64,000 bases of DNA, taken from an uncultured bacterium (GTDB lineage Bacteria; Verrucomicrobiota; Verrucomicrobiia; Verrucomicrobiales; DEV007). Numbering within the stretch: position 1 is the first letter of the stretch; each line of letters starts with the position of its first letter. This document shows, in pieces, positions 37,670-47,959 of this stretch. The translations under genes and the position numbers were made by a program. A model generated the notes under the pieces. The model was not told the origin of the DNA. It did no database searches and worked only from the letters and a program-made list of their open reading frames with translations. The DNA lies in contig CAXBMO010000004.1 in the NCBI GenBank assembly GCA_963977015.1, positions 224,001 to 288,000 on the forward strand, read 5' to 3'.

Positions 37670-38467
37670 CTAGCTCAACGCCTTATACATCGCCCTTGTG
37701 TGCCAGTATCCGGTTACTTTCGCGAGGTGATTCTTCGACCTTTCGAAGCAACCAACCTTCAGAATCTTAATCGACACATTCCGAACCCCCCAACGGTTCA
37801 TGGAGGAGCGTGACGGGCGATAAATATCGATCGTGTTGGTGCCGACAAGAGCCGACCCGTAATCGTCAACGACGTAGGTGGTGGGTTCACCCTCAATTTT
37901 GAAGGTCGTTCCGATTGGAAACCTGGACCAGTCAGCCGCTGCCGATGTGTAGCTCTGGGTACTTCGCAAAGTCGATCCGATGGCAGTTTTTCGTCCGTAG
38001 ACCAAATGATCGGATTCGCTATGGGTGTAGGCCGTGGTGCGAACGGAAAGCGCGGATCTCATCCCTTTGAGCGGACTCGCATGAGGCACTCTGACCTTCG
38101 GATTCGACGCCAAACGATTCATTCCCGCCTTCCGCGAAGATTCGGCGATTCGTTGTAGCAGCCCTGGACGCTTCTGACTCGCGTTGACTTGGATTTGCGC
38201 CGTCACTTTGCGATCGCGGCTGCTGGGAGCCAACTTGGCCCGCATTCCGGAACCTTGCGGTCGGGTGGAACTGGATCGCTCCGATGACTCTGCAGATGCC
38301 AGTTTTTGGCGAAGTTTCTGAAACGGCTTCACCTTCAGGGTGCTGACTTCCCGATTCGAGGACTTATTGGTCACATTGCGGCGATGGCCATCAGCAGGGC
38401 GGGCTTCAGCCAGTGGTGCTGCCAAACTGCCCAGAAGCACAATAGTAGGAATCAATGTTGATTTCAT
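37670..38467 (-). CDS. Secreted 3D-domain protein (MltA/Sps-like muralytic domain)
   Basis: Signal peptide, basic linker, RTTAY, AAADW..PIGT, VDDYG, TIDIY, WGVR. Confidence 0.88.
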   Translation of the reverse strand: MKSTLIPTIVLLGSLAAPLAEARPADGHRRNVTNKSSNREVSTLKVKPFQKLRQKLASAESSERSSSTRPQGSGMRAKLAPSSRDRKVTAQIQVNASQKRPGLLQRIAESSRKAGMNRLASNPKVRVPHASPLKGMRSALSVRTTAYTHSESDHLVYGRKTAIGSTLRSTQSYTSAAADWSRFPIGTTFKIEGEPTTYVVDDYGSALVGTNTIDIYRPSRSSMNRWGVRNVSIKILKVGCFERSKNHLAKVTGYWHTRAMYKALS

Positions 38468-38547
38468 GTTCGCAAATTTCACAGGTTTGCGACACTTCTA
38501 TAATTTTTATACTCAATTGCAAGAATAATATGAATTTGCAATTGCTA

Positions 38548-39294
38548 TCACGCTCGGAATTCCGCGGTTCCGTCCAAAAATTCGTGAGAAATGATGCTGA
38601 GCGCATAGATCGCAGCCGTCTCCGAACGCAAGACGGTTGGGCCCAAACTCAACGACTCAAATTTTGCCCGTTTTAACATTTCCAGCTCGTTTGGCGAGAA
38701 ATCACCCTCCGGACCAATCACCACACTGAGCGTCTTTGGCCGACTTTCAGATTCAGCCGCGATGTCGCGGAGCTTCCTCGAATTCTTGTCCAAGGCCGCC
38801 ACCAATCTCAGCTCGCTGGATTCCTCCTGAATGACGTCTCCCAAATTCGACGGCGTTTTGACGTTCGGAAGCCAGTTCCTGCCGCATTGCTTGCAGGATT
38901 CCAAGGCCGTTCGCTGCCACTTTGCCCGCTTCTTCGCTTCATCGTTCAACTTCACCACGCTGCGTTCCGTGATCACGGGAATGATGGTTGCGGCACCAAT
39001 TTCAGCGGCCTTTTGAACCACCAAATCCATGGTTTTGGCCTTGGGAATCGCCTGAATCAGGGTGATTTCGACCGGAAGCGGATCACCAACCGACTTCTCA
39101 ACGATTTTCAGTTGAACCCGTCGATTCGAAACCTGCTCGATGTCACAAACGGCCGAGGTTCCCGCACCATCAAACGCCTCAACCCGATCTCCAGCCTGAT
39201 GACGAAAAACCCGGGCGCAATGATGCGCTTCCTGGTCATCGAGCGTCACTGAATCGTTGTCCCATAGTTCCCGGGAAGCAAAGAAACGATTCAT
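38548..39294 (-). CDS. rsmE: 16S rRNA m3U1498 methyltransferase
   Basis: HHCARV, QKAAEIG, KQCGR, IGPEGDFS, LGPTVLRSETA. Confidence 0.95.
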   Translation of the reverse strand: MNRFFASRELWDNDSVTLDDQEAHHCARVFRHQAGDRVEAFDGAGTSAVCDIEQVSNRRVQLKIVEKSVGDPLPVEITLIQAIPKAKTMDLVVQKAAEIGAATIIPVITERSVVKLNDEAKKRAKWQRTALESCKQCGRNWLPNVKTPSNLGDVIQEESSELRLVAALDKNSRKLRDIAAESESRPKTLSVVIGPEGDFSPNELEMLKRAKFESLSLGPTVLRSETAAIYALSIISHEFLDGTAEFRA

Positions 39295-39309
39295 GAGGTT
39301 GGAACCCGG

Positions 39310-40458
39310 CTACTTGAAGAAGCTTTTTGCGCGATCGAGGAACGACTTCCGAATCGGGCTGTTCCCATCACCAAGCGTTTCTGTAAAGGCGAGCAACTTC
39401 TCTTTCTGCTTCCCGTTGAGTTTGATCGGAATCTCGACGTTGACGTGAAGAAAGAGCGCGCCCTTTTCATCACCGCCATAGCCTTTGATTCCGCCACCGA
39501 CCACCCGAATGGTGTTGCCGCTCTGAGTCCCGGACGGAACCTTGATGACCCGTTTCCCTTCAAGCGTCGGCACTTCCATCTCTCCGCCGAGGATCGCCTT
39601 GTCCAAGGGAACCGGAAGCGCAACGTGAAGATCGTCGCCATCCCGCTCAAAAATCTCATGCTCACGGACGTGAATGACGACGTGAAGATCGCCGTGGGCT
39701 CCACCCCGCACTCCGGCTTCCCCGTTTCCGGGCGAACGCAGCCGTTGTCCGTGACGGATTCCGGGCGGAACGTTGAATTTGATCCGCGCCTTTTGCACGG
39801 TGCGGCCATCGCCGGCACATTCGCGACATGGATCGGTCAGAACCTGGCCGGTTCCGCGACAATTCGGACAAGTTTGCTGAACGTGGAAGAAGCCACGCGA
39901 CGAGACGACCTGACCTTTGCCGCCGCAGGTTCCGCAATGCTTGAAACCACCTGACGTTGAACCATTTCCGGAGCAGGTGGTGCAGCTGTCATACTTCTCG
40001 ATTTCGATCACCTTGCTCGTTCCGAATGCGGCTTCCTCGAGGGAAATCGGCAAATCGTAGCGAAGATCGGATCCCCGTTGTTTTCCGCTCGGGTCACGTT
40101 GCCGGCCCCCGCCGCCACCTCCGAAAATCTCCTCAAAAATGCTGCCGCCGCCGCCACCTCCCCCGCTGAATACTTCGCGAAAAATATCGAAAGGATCGTG
40201 AAATCCGCCACCACCGCCGCCGCCACCTTGGGAGAAGGCAGCATGTCCATAGCGATCGTAGGCAGCACGCTTCTCCTCATCAGCCAAAACGTCATACGCC
40301 TCGCTGATCTCTTTAAACTTCTCTTCTGAAGCTTTGTCGCCCGGATTTTTGTCCGGATGGTGCTGCACAGCCAACTTGCGGTAAGCCTTTTTCATCTCGG
40401 ACGCAGTCGCATCCCGGCTTACGCCCAAAACCTCGTAGTAATCTCTTTTGTTGGCCAT
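39310..40458 (-). CDS. dnaJ: Chaperone DnaJ
   Basis: J-domain with HPD, G/F-rich region, four CxxCxGxG motifs. Confidence 0.98.
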   Translation of the reverse strand: MANKRDYYEVLGVSRDATASEMKKAYRKLAVQHHPDKNPGDKASEEKFKEISEAYDVLADEEKRAAYDRYGHAAFSQGGGGGGGGFHDPFDIFREVFSGGGGGGGSIFEEIFGGGGGGRQRDPSGKQRGSDLRYDLPISLEEAAFGTSKVIEIEKYDSCTTCSGNGSTSGGFKHCGTCGGKGQVVSSRGFFHVQQTCPNCRGTGQVLTDPCRECAGDGRTVQKARIKFNVPPGIRHGQRLRSPGNGEAGVRGGAHGDLHVVIHVREHEIFERDGDDLHVALPVPLDKAILGGEMEVPTLEGKRVIKVPSGTQSGNTIRVVGGGIKGYGGDEKGALFLHVNVEIPIKLNGKQKEKLLAFTETLGDGNSPIRKSFLDRAKSFFK

Positions 40459-40488
40459 TGCTCTTCGTTTACAAATTCAATTCAGCGC

Positions 40489-41145
40489 TCAGCCCTCCGA
40501 CCCGGCGTTTTGAGTCGTCTCACCAACCGGCTCCTCCGTTTCGGAATCCGCTGCAGGATTGACTTCAGGCTCGGGACCTTTCGAAACAATCACGTGAGCG
40601 GCACGAAGCAGCCGATCGTGCAGTTTAAATCCACGACGGATGACCGCAGTAACCGTTCCCTCTTCCACTTCATCGCTGTATTCCTGCTTTACCGCTTCAT
40701 GAAGATTCGGGTCGAAGACTTTCCCTTCCGCCGGGACTTCGACAACGCCTTGTTCGCCAAGGAAGTCGTCCAATTGCTTCATCACCATGGACATTCCTTG
40801 AAAGACGATGGAGTCCTGTGACTCCTGGCGAGCCGCATCGAGTCCAAAGCGAAAATTATCGATCACCGGCAACAAGGTTTCGAGCAACCCTGCGTTGCCG
40901 AACTTGATCGCATCCTGCTTCTCCCGAGACATCCGCTTTCGGAAGTTCTCGAGTTCCGCCTGGCTGCGCAAGGCAACATCCCGCCATTTCTGAGCTTCGG
41001 CTTGAGGATCCAGCTTTTCGGCGGCCTTCTCTTCATCAGGCGCAGAATTCCCGGCTTCGTTTGCAGGATTCACATCCTCAACAGCCTCTTCGTTCTCGAC
41101 ACCAGCTTCCGCTGCGTCGTTCTGAGTATCTTGGTTTCCTTCCAT
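40489..41145 (-). CDS. grpE: Nucleotide exchange factor GrpE
   Basis: AELENFRKR, LLPVIDNF, FDPNLHEA, RLLRAA.V.VS. Confidence 0.96.
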   Translation of the reverse strand: MEGNQDTQNDAAEAGVENEEAVEDVNPANEAGNSAPDEEKAAEKLDPQAEAQKWRDVALRSQAELENFRKRMSREKQDAIKFGNAGLLETLLPVIDNFRFGLDAARQESQDSIVFQGMSMVMKQLDDFLGEQGVVEVPAEGKVFDPNLHEAVKQEYSDEVEEGTVTAVIRRGFKLHDRLLRAAHVIVSKGPEPEVNPAADSETEEPVGETTQNAGSEG

Positions 41146-41200
41146 CGTGTTTGAGTCGTTCCTAACAGGAATTTTTGGCTTCCGTGAGGCGCGGAGACTA

Positions 41201-42640
41201 TCAACCCTTTTTGATCGCAATCAAGGTGATGTCATCGCTTTGCGGTGCGTTTCCCACAAATGCGCGCAACTCATCGTTGAGCCGAGAAATAATGGCCTCT
41301 GAAGTGTGGTTGGCAAAATTCTTCAACACTTCCGTCATTCGCTCGGTGCCATATTCCTCAGTTTGAGCGTTTTCGGCTTCCGTCACCCCATCCGTGTAAA
41401 GAAGCAACACGTCTCCGTCTCGAAATTCGAACTCGAAATCCGAGATGATGCGCTCAAAGACTCCTCCACTGTCGATTCCCAAGGCCATTCCGGCCGGTTC
41501 CAACACCTCAATCTCTTTGGCGTCCCCCCGGTAGACCATTGGCGGATTGTGGCCGGCTCTCGCCATCGTAACCTTGTCCGACTCCCCATCGAAAATGAGA
41601 TAGGCCAGGGTCACAAACATATCCTCGCGAATATCGGAAAAAATCTGGCGATTCACGGTTCGCAGCACTTCGGCCGGCGATAGGGTGTCAAAGGCTCTGG
41701 CGCGAAGCACGCTTCGGCAGGTCGCCATGATAAGTGATGCGGGTAACCCTTTGCCTGCCACATCAGCAATCACGATACCCAGGTGACTTTCGTCCAACTT
41801 GATATAGTCGAAATAGTCTCCGCTTACGACTTTGGCGGGATAATTGACCCCGGCGATGTCAAAATCCGCAACATCGGGCGCTTCCACCGGCAGGAGAATG
41901 CGTTGAAACTCGCTCGCGGTTCGCAAGTCAGCATCCCACAACCGCTTGTCGCGCGCCTCCTTGTGCAGCTCCGCCGTTCCCAAGGCATAGGAACTCTGCT
42001 CTGCCAAGGAACGGAAGACCTCGGCCTCATTCTCAGAAAATGGCGCAGCGGGCACTTTGCGGGCAATCATAAGCAAGCCCAACGGCTTTCCTGCGTAGAT
42101 CAGCGGACCAATGATCAGGGAAACGCCTTCGTGAAGATCAGGAATCGCCGACGCGCCAAAATCCGGATGCGAAGCCAAATCATCAATGCGCAACGGCTTC
42201 TGCGTTTCCATGGGCCGACTGTAAATCGGGTGCGACGAATCAATGGCCTGTAGCCGAATGTAATTGCTGATTGCGCTGGGCTTGGTATCCCGCTCTTTGG
42301 CCACATCATCAGGAAGCAGAACCAGTGGCGGACAATTGTTGGAGATGAATTTGGGAACCAATTCGCTCTTCGTATCATCGAGCAGGTAAAGGGAGGCTCC
42401 ATTGGCTTCCAGGGCCTGGATGATTCCCTCTACGATGCAACGATGCATGTTGGCCGGACTGTAGTCCTGTTGAACCGCCAACCCCAGATTGTGAAGGAAT
42501 TGAAACGCGCGATCCTCTTCGCCCCGCATTCGCTCGCTCGCCTTCCTCAGACCAGCAATCATCTTGTGCTGTTGCCGAAGACTTACGGCTAATCCTGCCG
42601 AAACCATTAGCAGCAGGAAGAGCAGTAGATACGGAATCAC
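41201..42640 (-). CDS. TM + GAF + PP2C/SpoIIE (RsbU-like) phosphatase
   Basis: VSGDYFD, IADVAGKG, ARAGHNP, LYTDGVTEA, DDITL. Confidence 0.92.
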   Translation of the reverse strand: MIPYLLLFLLLMVSAGLAVSLRQQHKMIAGLRKASERMRGEEDRAFQFLHNLGLAVQQDYSPANMHRCIVEGIIQALEANGASLYLLDDTKSELVPKFISNNCPPLVLLPDDVAKERDTKPSAISNYIRLQAIDSSHPIYSRPMETQKPLRIDDLASHPDFGASAIPDLHEGVSLIIGPLIYAGKPLGLLMIARKVPAAPFSENEAEVFRSLAEQSSYALGTAELHKEARDKRLWDADLRTASEFQRILLPVEAPDVADFDIAGVNYPAKVVSGDYFDYIKLDESHLGIVIADVAGKGLPASLIMATCRSVLRARAFDTLSPAEVLRTVNRQIFSDIREDMFVTLAYLIFDGESDKVTMARAGHNPPMVYRGDAKEIEVLEPAGMALGIDSGGVFERIISDFEFEFRDGDVLLLYTDGVTEAENAQTEEYGTERMTEVLKNFANHTSEAIISRLNDELRAFVGNAPQSDDITLIAIKKG

Positions 42641-43200
42641 GTGTCTTTTGCCTTCGCCTCTCGAGTCTCCGCTACATCCTGCTTCAAATACTCAAGAACA
42701 TCGCTAAATCGACTTTCGTTTTCTGCATTGGCCTGGCAGAGGGCTTCATGCGCATGAAGAACGTGCTCTTTATGCTCTGTCCGGTCCAAAGGAGCCACTG
42801 AGATCGACTGCGTTACATTCTCACGCACCAATTCTCGTTCTTTCGACCAGGACTCGCCTTTGGTATCGAGTTCAAGAATTTGATCAAGGCCCAAGCTCTG
42901 AACCAATTCCGTGTTGCGGGCGTTTGGGTTGATCAATTCCAACAGGCTGCCGGGATGCCCCTGCAAAATGAGGGCAATTCCCGTCAGAGTTCCCATGAAT
43001 GTGGAATCCATCACCGGGCATTCCTCCAAATCCACCACAAGGTGCATTTGGCCCATGCTTACCATGTGATCCGCAAAGGCTCTTAGATTGGGACTATTTT
43101 GGAATGACCCTTTTCCTTGGACTCGTATCCAAGCAACATCTCCAAATAAGCCGGCAAGGATGGCTGGAGTGTTTTTCTGATCTTTCACCGTAGTGGACAT
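42637..43200 (-). CDS. STAS-domain anti-anti-sigma-like protein
   Basis: LVVDLEECPVMDSTFMGTL, carrying the phosphorylatable DS(S/T) motif. GTGA overlap with the phosphatase gene. Confidence 0.88.
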   Translation of the reverse strand: MSTTVKDQKNTPAILAGLFGDVAWIRVQGKGSFQNSPNLRAFADHMVSMGQMHLVVDLEECPVMDSTFMGTLTGIALILQGHPGSLLELINPNARNTELVQSLGLDQILELDTKGESWSKERELVRENVTQSISVAPLDRTEHKEHVLHAHEALCQANAENESRFSDVLEYLKQDVAETREAKAKDT

Positions 43201-43312
43201 TACGGGTGTTGGGGCGGGGGTGAGATGGACTAAAGGTAACTCGACGCCTTGGAAGATCGCACATGACGCCGGTGAGTTCAACTTTCCCTCACCTGCCTCA
43301 TCAGCATTCAGA

Positions 43313-43798
43313 TCATTCCCAGAGAAAAGATTCCACGAAGGAAACAACTTCTCCGTCGCGAACGAGGGACGCTTTCCATGCAACGACGTTTCCGTCGGTT
43401 TTAAACTCTTCTCCAACAATGTTGATGTCGGTCGTATTTTGGCGCTCCACTTTATCAACGGTCACCTCTTTCACCTTCACCTCGTCGCCAGTATTGGCCT
43501 GCAGGTATTCCAGTCTCACCACCATGCCCGGGCGTCGATCCCCTTTTGAGCGCCAGAAGATCGTGTAGTACTTTCCTTCGCGCGCTCGATACTCTTCCGA
43601 CGTAATTGCGCCATAGAGGAGATAGCTCCTTTCGAAACCGATCATCGCGTCTTCTGTCCGCAACGATTGGCTCAAATTGAGTTGCTCATATTTGACCTTC
43701 CGGATTTCGGGCTGGCCATCCCCGGCCAAACTGATTTGGGGGGCGATAAGCGCCAGACCAAATGTGGCGAGAGTGAGAGATTTTATGAAAGTGCGCAT
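43313..43798 (-). CDS. Secreted hypothetical protein
   Basis: Signal peptide ending ISLA. Beta-rich; ends in ESFLWE. Confidence 0.7.
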   Translation of the reverse strand: MRTFIKSLTLATFGLALIAPQISLAGDGQPEIRKVKYEQLNLSQSLRTEDAMIGFERSYLLYGAITSEEYRAREGKYYTIFWRSKGDRRPGMVVRLEYLQANTGDEVKVKEVTVDKVERQNTTDINIVGEEFKTDGNVVAWKASLVRDGEVVSFVESFLWE

Positions 43799-43993
43799 GA
43801 CAATGAGGGTGTCATTGGTGTGACCTCTTATTGCGGACCTTTTCATGATATGTCCAGTAAATAACGATGTAATTTGGCGGGTTCGACAGGATCGCCCCGG
43901 TCGCGACCGGCACACGTCCCACTCGCAGTTTCCAGCATTTTGCCAACAAAACAGCTCTTGAGCAATTCAAATTCCACAACTAACAAAATTCCC

Positions 43994-45304
43994 ATGAATC
44001 CCGTCCCCCTGATCGCAATCTCTGCTCTGCTCCTGTCTCTCTCTCATGCTGCTGAATGGCCCGAGTGGCGGGGCCCCGGTCAGCAAGGTCACGCTCCTGG
44101 CGCCTCCGACTTGGCAACCACCTGGTCTGAATCAACCAATGTGTCCTGGAAAACGCCAATCCCGGGACGGGGACACTCGACGCCGTTGATCGACGGAAAT
44201 GAGATTTGGCTGACAACGGCATTCGAGACCAAGGCGAGCCCGGAAGAAACCCAAAAGCGGCTCGAAGCAAACTCGGGCAGCCAACCGCTCGTCGTCCTGG
44301 CAAAGGTTCAATTCCATGCGATTTGCGTGGATCGGGAATCGGGCAGAATCCTCAAGAACATTGCGCTTTTCAGCCGGGAAAATCCTCAGTGGGTCCACAA
44401 ATTGAACAGCTACGCCTCGCCAACTCCGATCTTGAGGGATGGGAAGCTCTTTGCTCACTTTGGCGCGTTTGGAACCGCTTGCCTCGACACCCGGTCTGGA
44501 AAGGTTGCGTGGACGAATCTGGATTTGCACGTGATGCACGAAAACGGCCCGGGAGGATCGCCTGTGCTAACCGGGAACCGGCTCATCTTCAATCTCGATG
44601 GAAGCGATGACCAGTTTATCGCCGCGCTCGATACGGAAACGGGCAAACTGGCCTGGAAAACCCCACGCAGCGGCGAACTCAACGAGAATCCCCAGCTCCA
44701 GAAAGCCTGTGGAACTCCCATCCTCCTAACCACTCCCAAAGGAACCGAAGTGTTGTCTCCCGCGGCGGATTGGCTTTACTCCTACGATCCTTCAACCGGG
44801 AAAGAACTTTGGAAGATCGGCTACAACCACCTGGGATTCTCCAATGTCTCCCGCCCCGTCGTCGGCCATGGCATGATTTACCTGCCGACGTGTTTCATGA
44901 AGAGCAAACTCCTCGCGATTCGCTACGATGGAAGCGCCAAGCCCGAGATCGCCTGGGAGGTAACCCGTGCGATGCCGAACCAACCCTCCCCTCTTTTGAT
45001 CGGGCACGAGATTTACACCATCGATGATCGGGGAATCGCCAGTAGCATAGACGCCAAAACCGGCGAGGTGAATTGGCAGGAACGCCTCGAAGGCAATTTC
45101 TCAGCCTCGCCACTCTTTGCCGACGGCAAAATTTACGCGGGAACCCAGGATGGCAAAATGGTCATCTTCGAGCCGGGAAATGAACTGAAGATCATCGCCG
45201 AAAACCATTTGGACGACGGATTGATGGCTTCACCGGTGGCGGTCGAAAACGCACTTTACCTACGAACCGAAAAAGCCCTCTACCGGGTCGAAAAGCTCGA
45301 TTAG
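43994..45304 (+). CDS. PQQ-like beta-propeller repeat protein
   Basis: WPEWRGP, WKTPIPGRGHSTP, NSYASPTP, repeated D..TG..W, FSASP. Confidence 0.9.
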   Translation: MNPVPLIAISALLLSLSHAAEWPEWRGPGQQGHAPGASDLATTWSESTNVSWKTPIPGRGHSTPLIDGNEIWLTTAFETKASPEETQKRLEANSGSQPLVVLAKVQFHAICVDRESGRILKNIALFSRENPQWVHKLNSYASPTPILRDGKLFAHFGAFGTACLDTRSGKVAWTNLDLHVMHENGPGGSPVLTGNRLIFNLDGSDDQFIAALDTETGKLAWKTPRSGELNENPQLQKACGTPILLTTPKGTEVLSPAADWLYSYDPSTGKELWKIGYNHLGFSNVSRPVVGHGMIYLPTCFMKSKLLAIRYDGSAKPEIAWEVTRAMPNQPSPLLIGHEIYTIDDRGIASSIDAKTGEVNWQERLEGNFSASPLFADGKIYAGTQDGKMVIFEPGNELKIIAENHLDDGLMASPVAVENALYLRTEKALYRVEKLD

Positions 45305-45341
45305 AGCGGCGTAGTCAATACAACGAGGAGATTTGGCTGGT

Positions 45342-46322
45342 CTAGTGGCTGTAGAAGGAGGGAAGGAGATACATCATTCCCGGTTGGAGCCGTGGAAACA
45401 CTTGTTCCGGCAGGCTGATCTCAACCTTTGTTGAGCTGCCCTGGGCAAGCCGCGATTGCATGAGACCCAGAGCATCGAAAATGGAGACTTCTCGATTGTA
45501 CTTCATGACCTTCGCGTCGGGAGCCTTGGCCAATTCCCGCGCCCGGTCATAGGCGTCTTCGATATAGCCGATTTTGTCGATCAACTTCTTGGAAAGGGCT
45601 TCCGTTCCCGTGAAGATCCGGCCATCCGCGATGTTCGCCCGCAACTCTGATTCGGGAATTTCCGTGCGAGCTTCCTTCACCACCGTGAGAAAGCGCTCGT
45701 AAATCTGATCCACCATTCCCTGAACCATTTTCTGCTCATCCTCACGCATCGGGCGACTCCCGCTCATCGTGTCCTTGAACTTGCCGCTCGTGAACACAAC
45801 GGAATCGACGCCCAGTTTGTCGAACAGCGTCTCGTAGTTCAGCGTGGAAATGATGACACCGATACTGCCCGTCATGGTGGTGTAGTTGGCCATGATTTCC
45901 GTGCCTCCGCAGGCCGCGTAATAGCCGCCACTTGCCGCAACACTGTCCATGTAGATGACCACGGGCTTTTTCGCGGCAGTCTTTTTGACGTGATTGTAGA
46001 GAACGTCCGATGCGGTGACTTCGCCGCCCGGAGAATTCACTCTCAACACGATCGCCTTCACGTCGTCATCTTCACGAGCACGCTTCAGATCTTTGCCCAG
46101 TCGTTCGACCATCGACCCTCCAGCACCGCCCCACCCGCCATCAATCGATGAGGAAATGACGCCCTCCAGGTCAATGTGGGCGATCTTGTCGCCGTAAACC
46201 GTGTCTCTGTCGTCAACGCTTGAAATCATCAAGCCTACCACGACAAAAAAACCTATCATTGCGATCGCCACCGCGCCAAAAGCGAGCAGGCAGCCAATTG
46301 TGAAACCTTTCCGTTCAGCCAT
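45342..46322 (-). CDS. sppA: Signal peptide peptidase SppA (36K type)
   Basis: LRVNSPGG, AASGGYY, TGSIGV, SGKFKD, DGRIFTG. Confidence 0.93.
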   Translation of the reverse strand: MAERKGFTIGCLLAFGAVAIAMIGFFVVVGLMISSVDDRDTVYGDKIAHIDLEGVISSSIDGGWGGAGGSMVERLGKDLKRAREDDDVKAIVLRVNSPGGEVTASDVLYNHVKKTAAKKPVVIYMDSVAASGGYYAACGGTEIMANYTTMTGSIGVIISTLNYETLFDKLGVDSVVFTSGKFKDTMSGSRPMREDEQKMVQGMVDQIYERFLTVVKEARTEIPESELRANIADGRIFTGTEALSKKLIDKIGYIEDAYDRARELAKAPDAKVMKYNREVSIFDALGLMQSRLAQGSSTKVEISLPEQVFPRLQPGMMYLLPSFYSH

Positions 46323-46444
46323 AATTTGTTCAACGTAAGACGCGTTCTGGGTCGGGACAAGCGCCGAGTTTTCGACAGCCATTCCTTCTCCCGCCTACAG
46401 ATACGGGTCGACTGGCTATTTGAGCGAGCCGACACGCGCTTTCT

Positions 46445-47905
46445 TCAAAAATCCTGACGGCGCAGACTCGCGACGGCAAAGGGCAGCGTTTCCGCCACCA
46501 ACCCGGCGCTCACACCTTCCGGAGCATAACCACGCTCCCAAACCAAAATTTCTGCCGACCGTCCCAGGAGCCAGCTTCCAAGGCAGGCCGCGTCATAGAG
46601 GTCGATTCCCCGGGCGGCCAACGCCGCGCAAACCCCGGTCAGGACGTCGCCCATCCCGCCACTGGCCATTCCCGGATTGCCCGTCGTGTTCAGCGCCAAC
46701 GGACGATTGGGAGCCGCAATGGCCGTCCGAGCCCCCTTGAAAAGCAGTTTGAGGCCGTACCGCTCGACAAATGCATTGGCAATTTCGCCGCGATTTCCCT
46801 CCAAATCCGGGGCAAGACGGCGCATTTCTCCCGGATGAGGCGTAAAAAGGCGATTGGGCGGGAGCTCGTCCATTCTGTCCCGGTTGCGAGCAACCGCGTT
46901 CAGCGCGTCCGCATCCACCACCATCGGGCTGGGATCATTCCAAATCAGATCGATCAATTGGGAAGGCGGGTCGGCCCCCAGTCCCGGACCAATCGCGATC
47001 GCATCCCGGTCGATTTCCGTGGCGAGATGTCGCACCATGATTTCCGGTGGCGCCTTTGCCGCAACCAGGGGAAGAACATCGGAATCGCAGAAAATCGAAA
47101 CCAGTCCCCCACCCGCCCGCAACGCTCCCAAACCACAAAGCACGGCCGCACCGGCAAATCCAGGCGATCCGGCAATGATGGAAACACGCCCCGCCCGGCC
47201 CTTGTGGGTGGAAAAGGCGGCTGGCGCCATTTTGAAGGTCAAATCTGGCGCATGCAGACTGGTTCTCGAGGGATCGCCGGCATTGGCGACGATTTCCGGC
47301 AACGGGATCAGGGCAAGTCGCCCCACATGGTCAATCGCGGCATCCGCCACCAAACCCGCCTTGGTGTGGGCAATGGTCAGGGTAAAATCCGCCATCACCG
47401 CTCCATCATAAGGCTCGCCACTATCGCCATCGATGCCTGACGGAATGTCCACAGCGACCGTCACCGCTTTTCCACGACGGCGATTCTCGTTCATTTCCGT
47501 CGCCAACGGGGCCAGTGAACCTCGCAATGCTCCGCTCGCCCCGATTCCCAACAAGCCATCAACTTGGAGATGGACCTGGTTTTCCAGATTTCTCACCGGC
47601 GGCACAGGTGTCGCGTCCAGCTCGGCCATCTTCTTTTGCGTCAACGGAGCCAAATCCTCAAGAGCTCCCACCAAACGCGATTCGACGGCCCAGCCAGCCT
47701 CGCGCAGATGGCGCCCAATCACCGCCGCATCGCCACCATTGTGGCCCTTGCCGATGTAAAGGGTCGCATTTCCCGGTTTGGGGAAGAACTGATGAATGGC
47801 GCGGGCGCATCCCAAACCCGCTTTGTCCATGAGCGGCTCAGCCTCGGCTCCCGTGGCAAAGAGCGCCTCCTCTGCAGCTTTCATCTGGGCACAAGTCAGG
47901 ATCAT
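46445..47905 (-). CDS. nnr: Bifunctional NAD(P)H-hydrate epimerase/dehydratase
   Basis: GKGHNGGD, DGLLGIG, VDIPSG, HKG..G, DADAL, TPHPGE, GGMGDVLTG. Confidence 0.95.
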   Translation of the reverse strand: MILTCAQMKAAEEALFATGAEAEPLMDKAGLGCARAIHQFFPKPGNATLYIGKGHNGGDAAVIGRHLREAGWAVESRLVGALEDLAPLTQKKMAELDATPVPPVRNLENQVHLQVDGLLGIGASGALRGSLAPLATEMNENRRRGKAVTVAVDIPSGIDGDSGEPYDGAVMADFTLTIAHTKAGLVADAAIDHVGRLALIPLPEIVANAGDPSRTSLHAPDLTFKMAPAAFSTHKGRAGRVSIIAGSPGFAGAAVLCGLGALRAGGGLVSIFCDSDVLPLVAAKAPPEIMVRHLATEIDRDAIAIGPGLGADPPSQLIDLIWNDPSPMVVDADALNAVARNRDRMDELPPNRLFTPHPGEMRRLAPDLEGNRGEIANAFVERYGLKLLFKGARTAIAAPNRPLALNTTGNPGMASGGMGDVLTGVCAALAARGIDLYDAACLGSWLLGRSAEILVWERGYAPEGVSAGLVAETLPFAVASLRRQDF

Positions 47906-47959
47906 CGGTCAAGGAATCAGCTCCAACCTAAGATCCCCACGCACCGGGGTCAAGATCGC

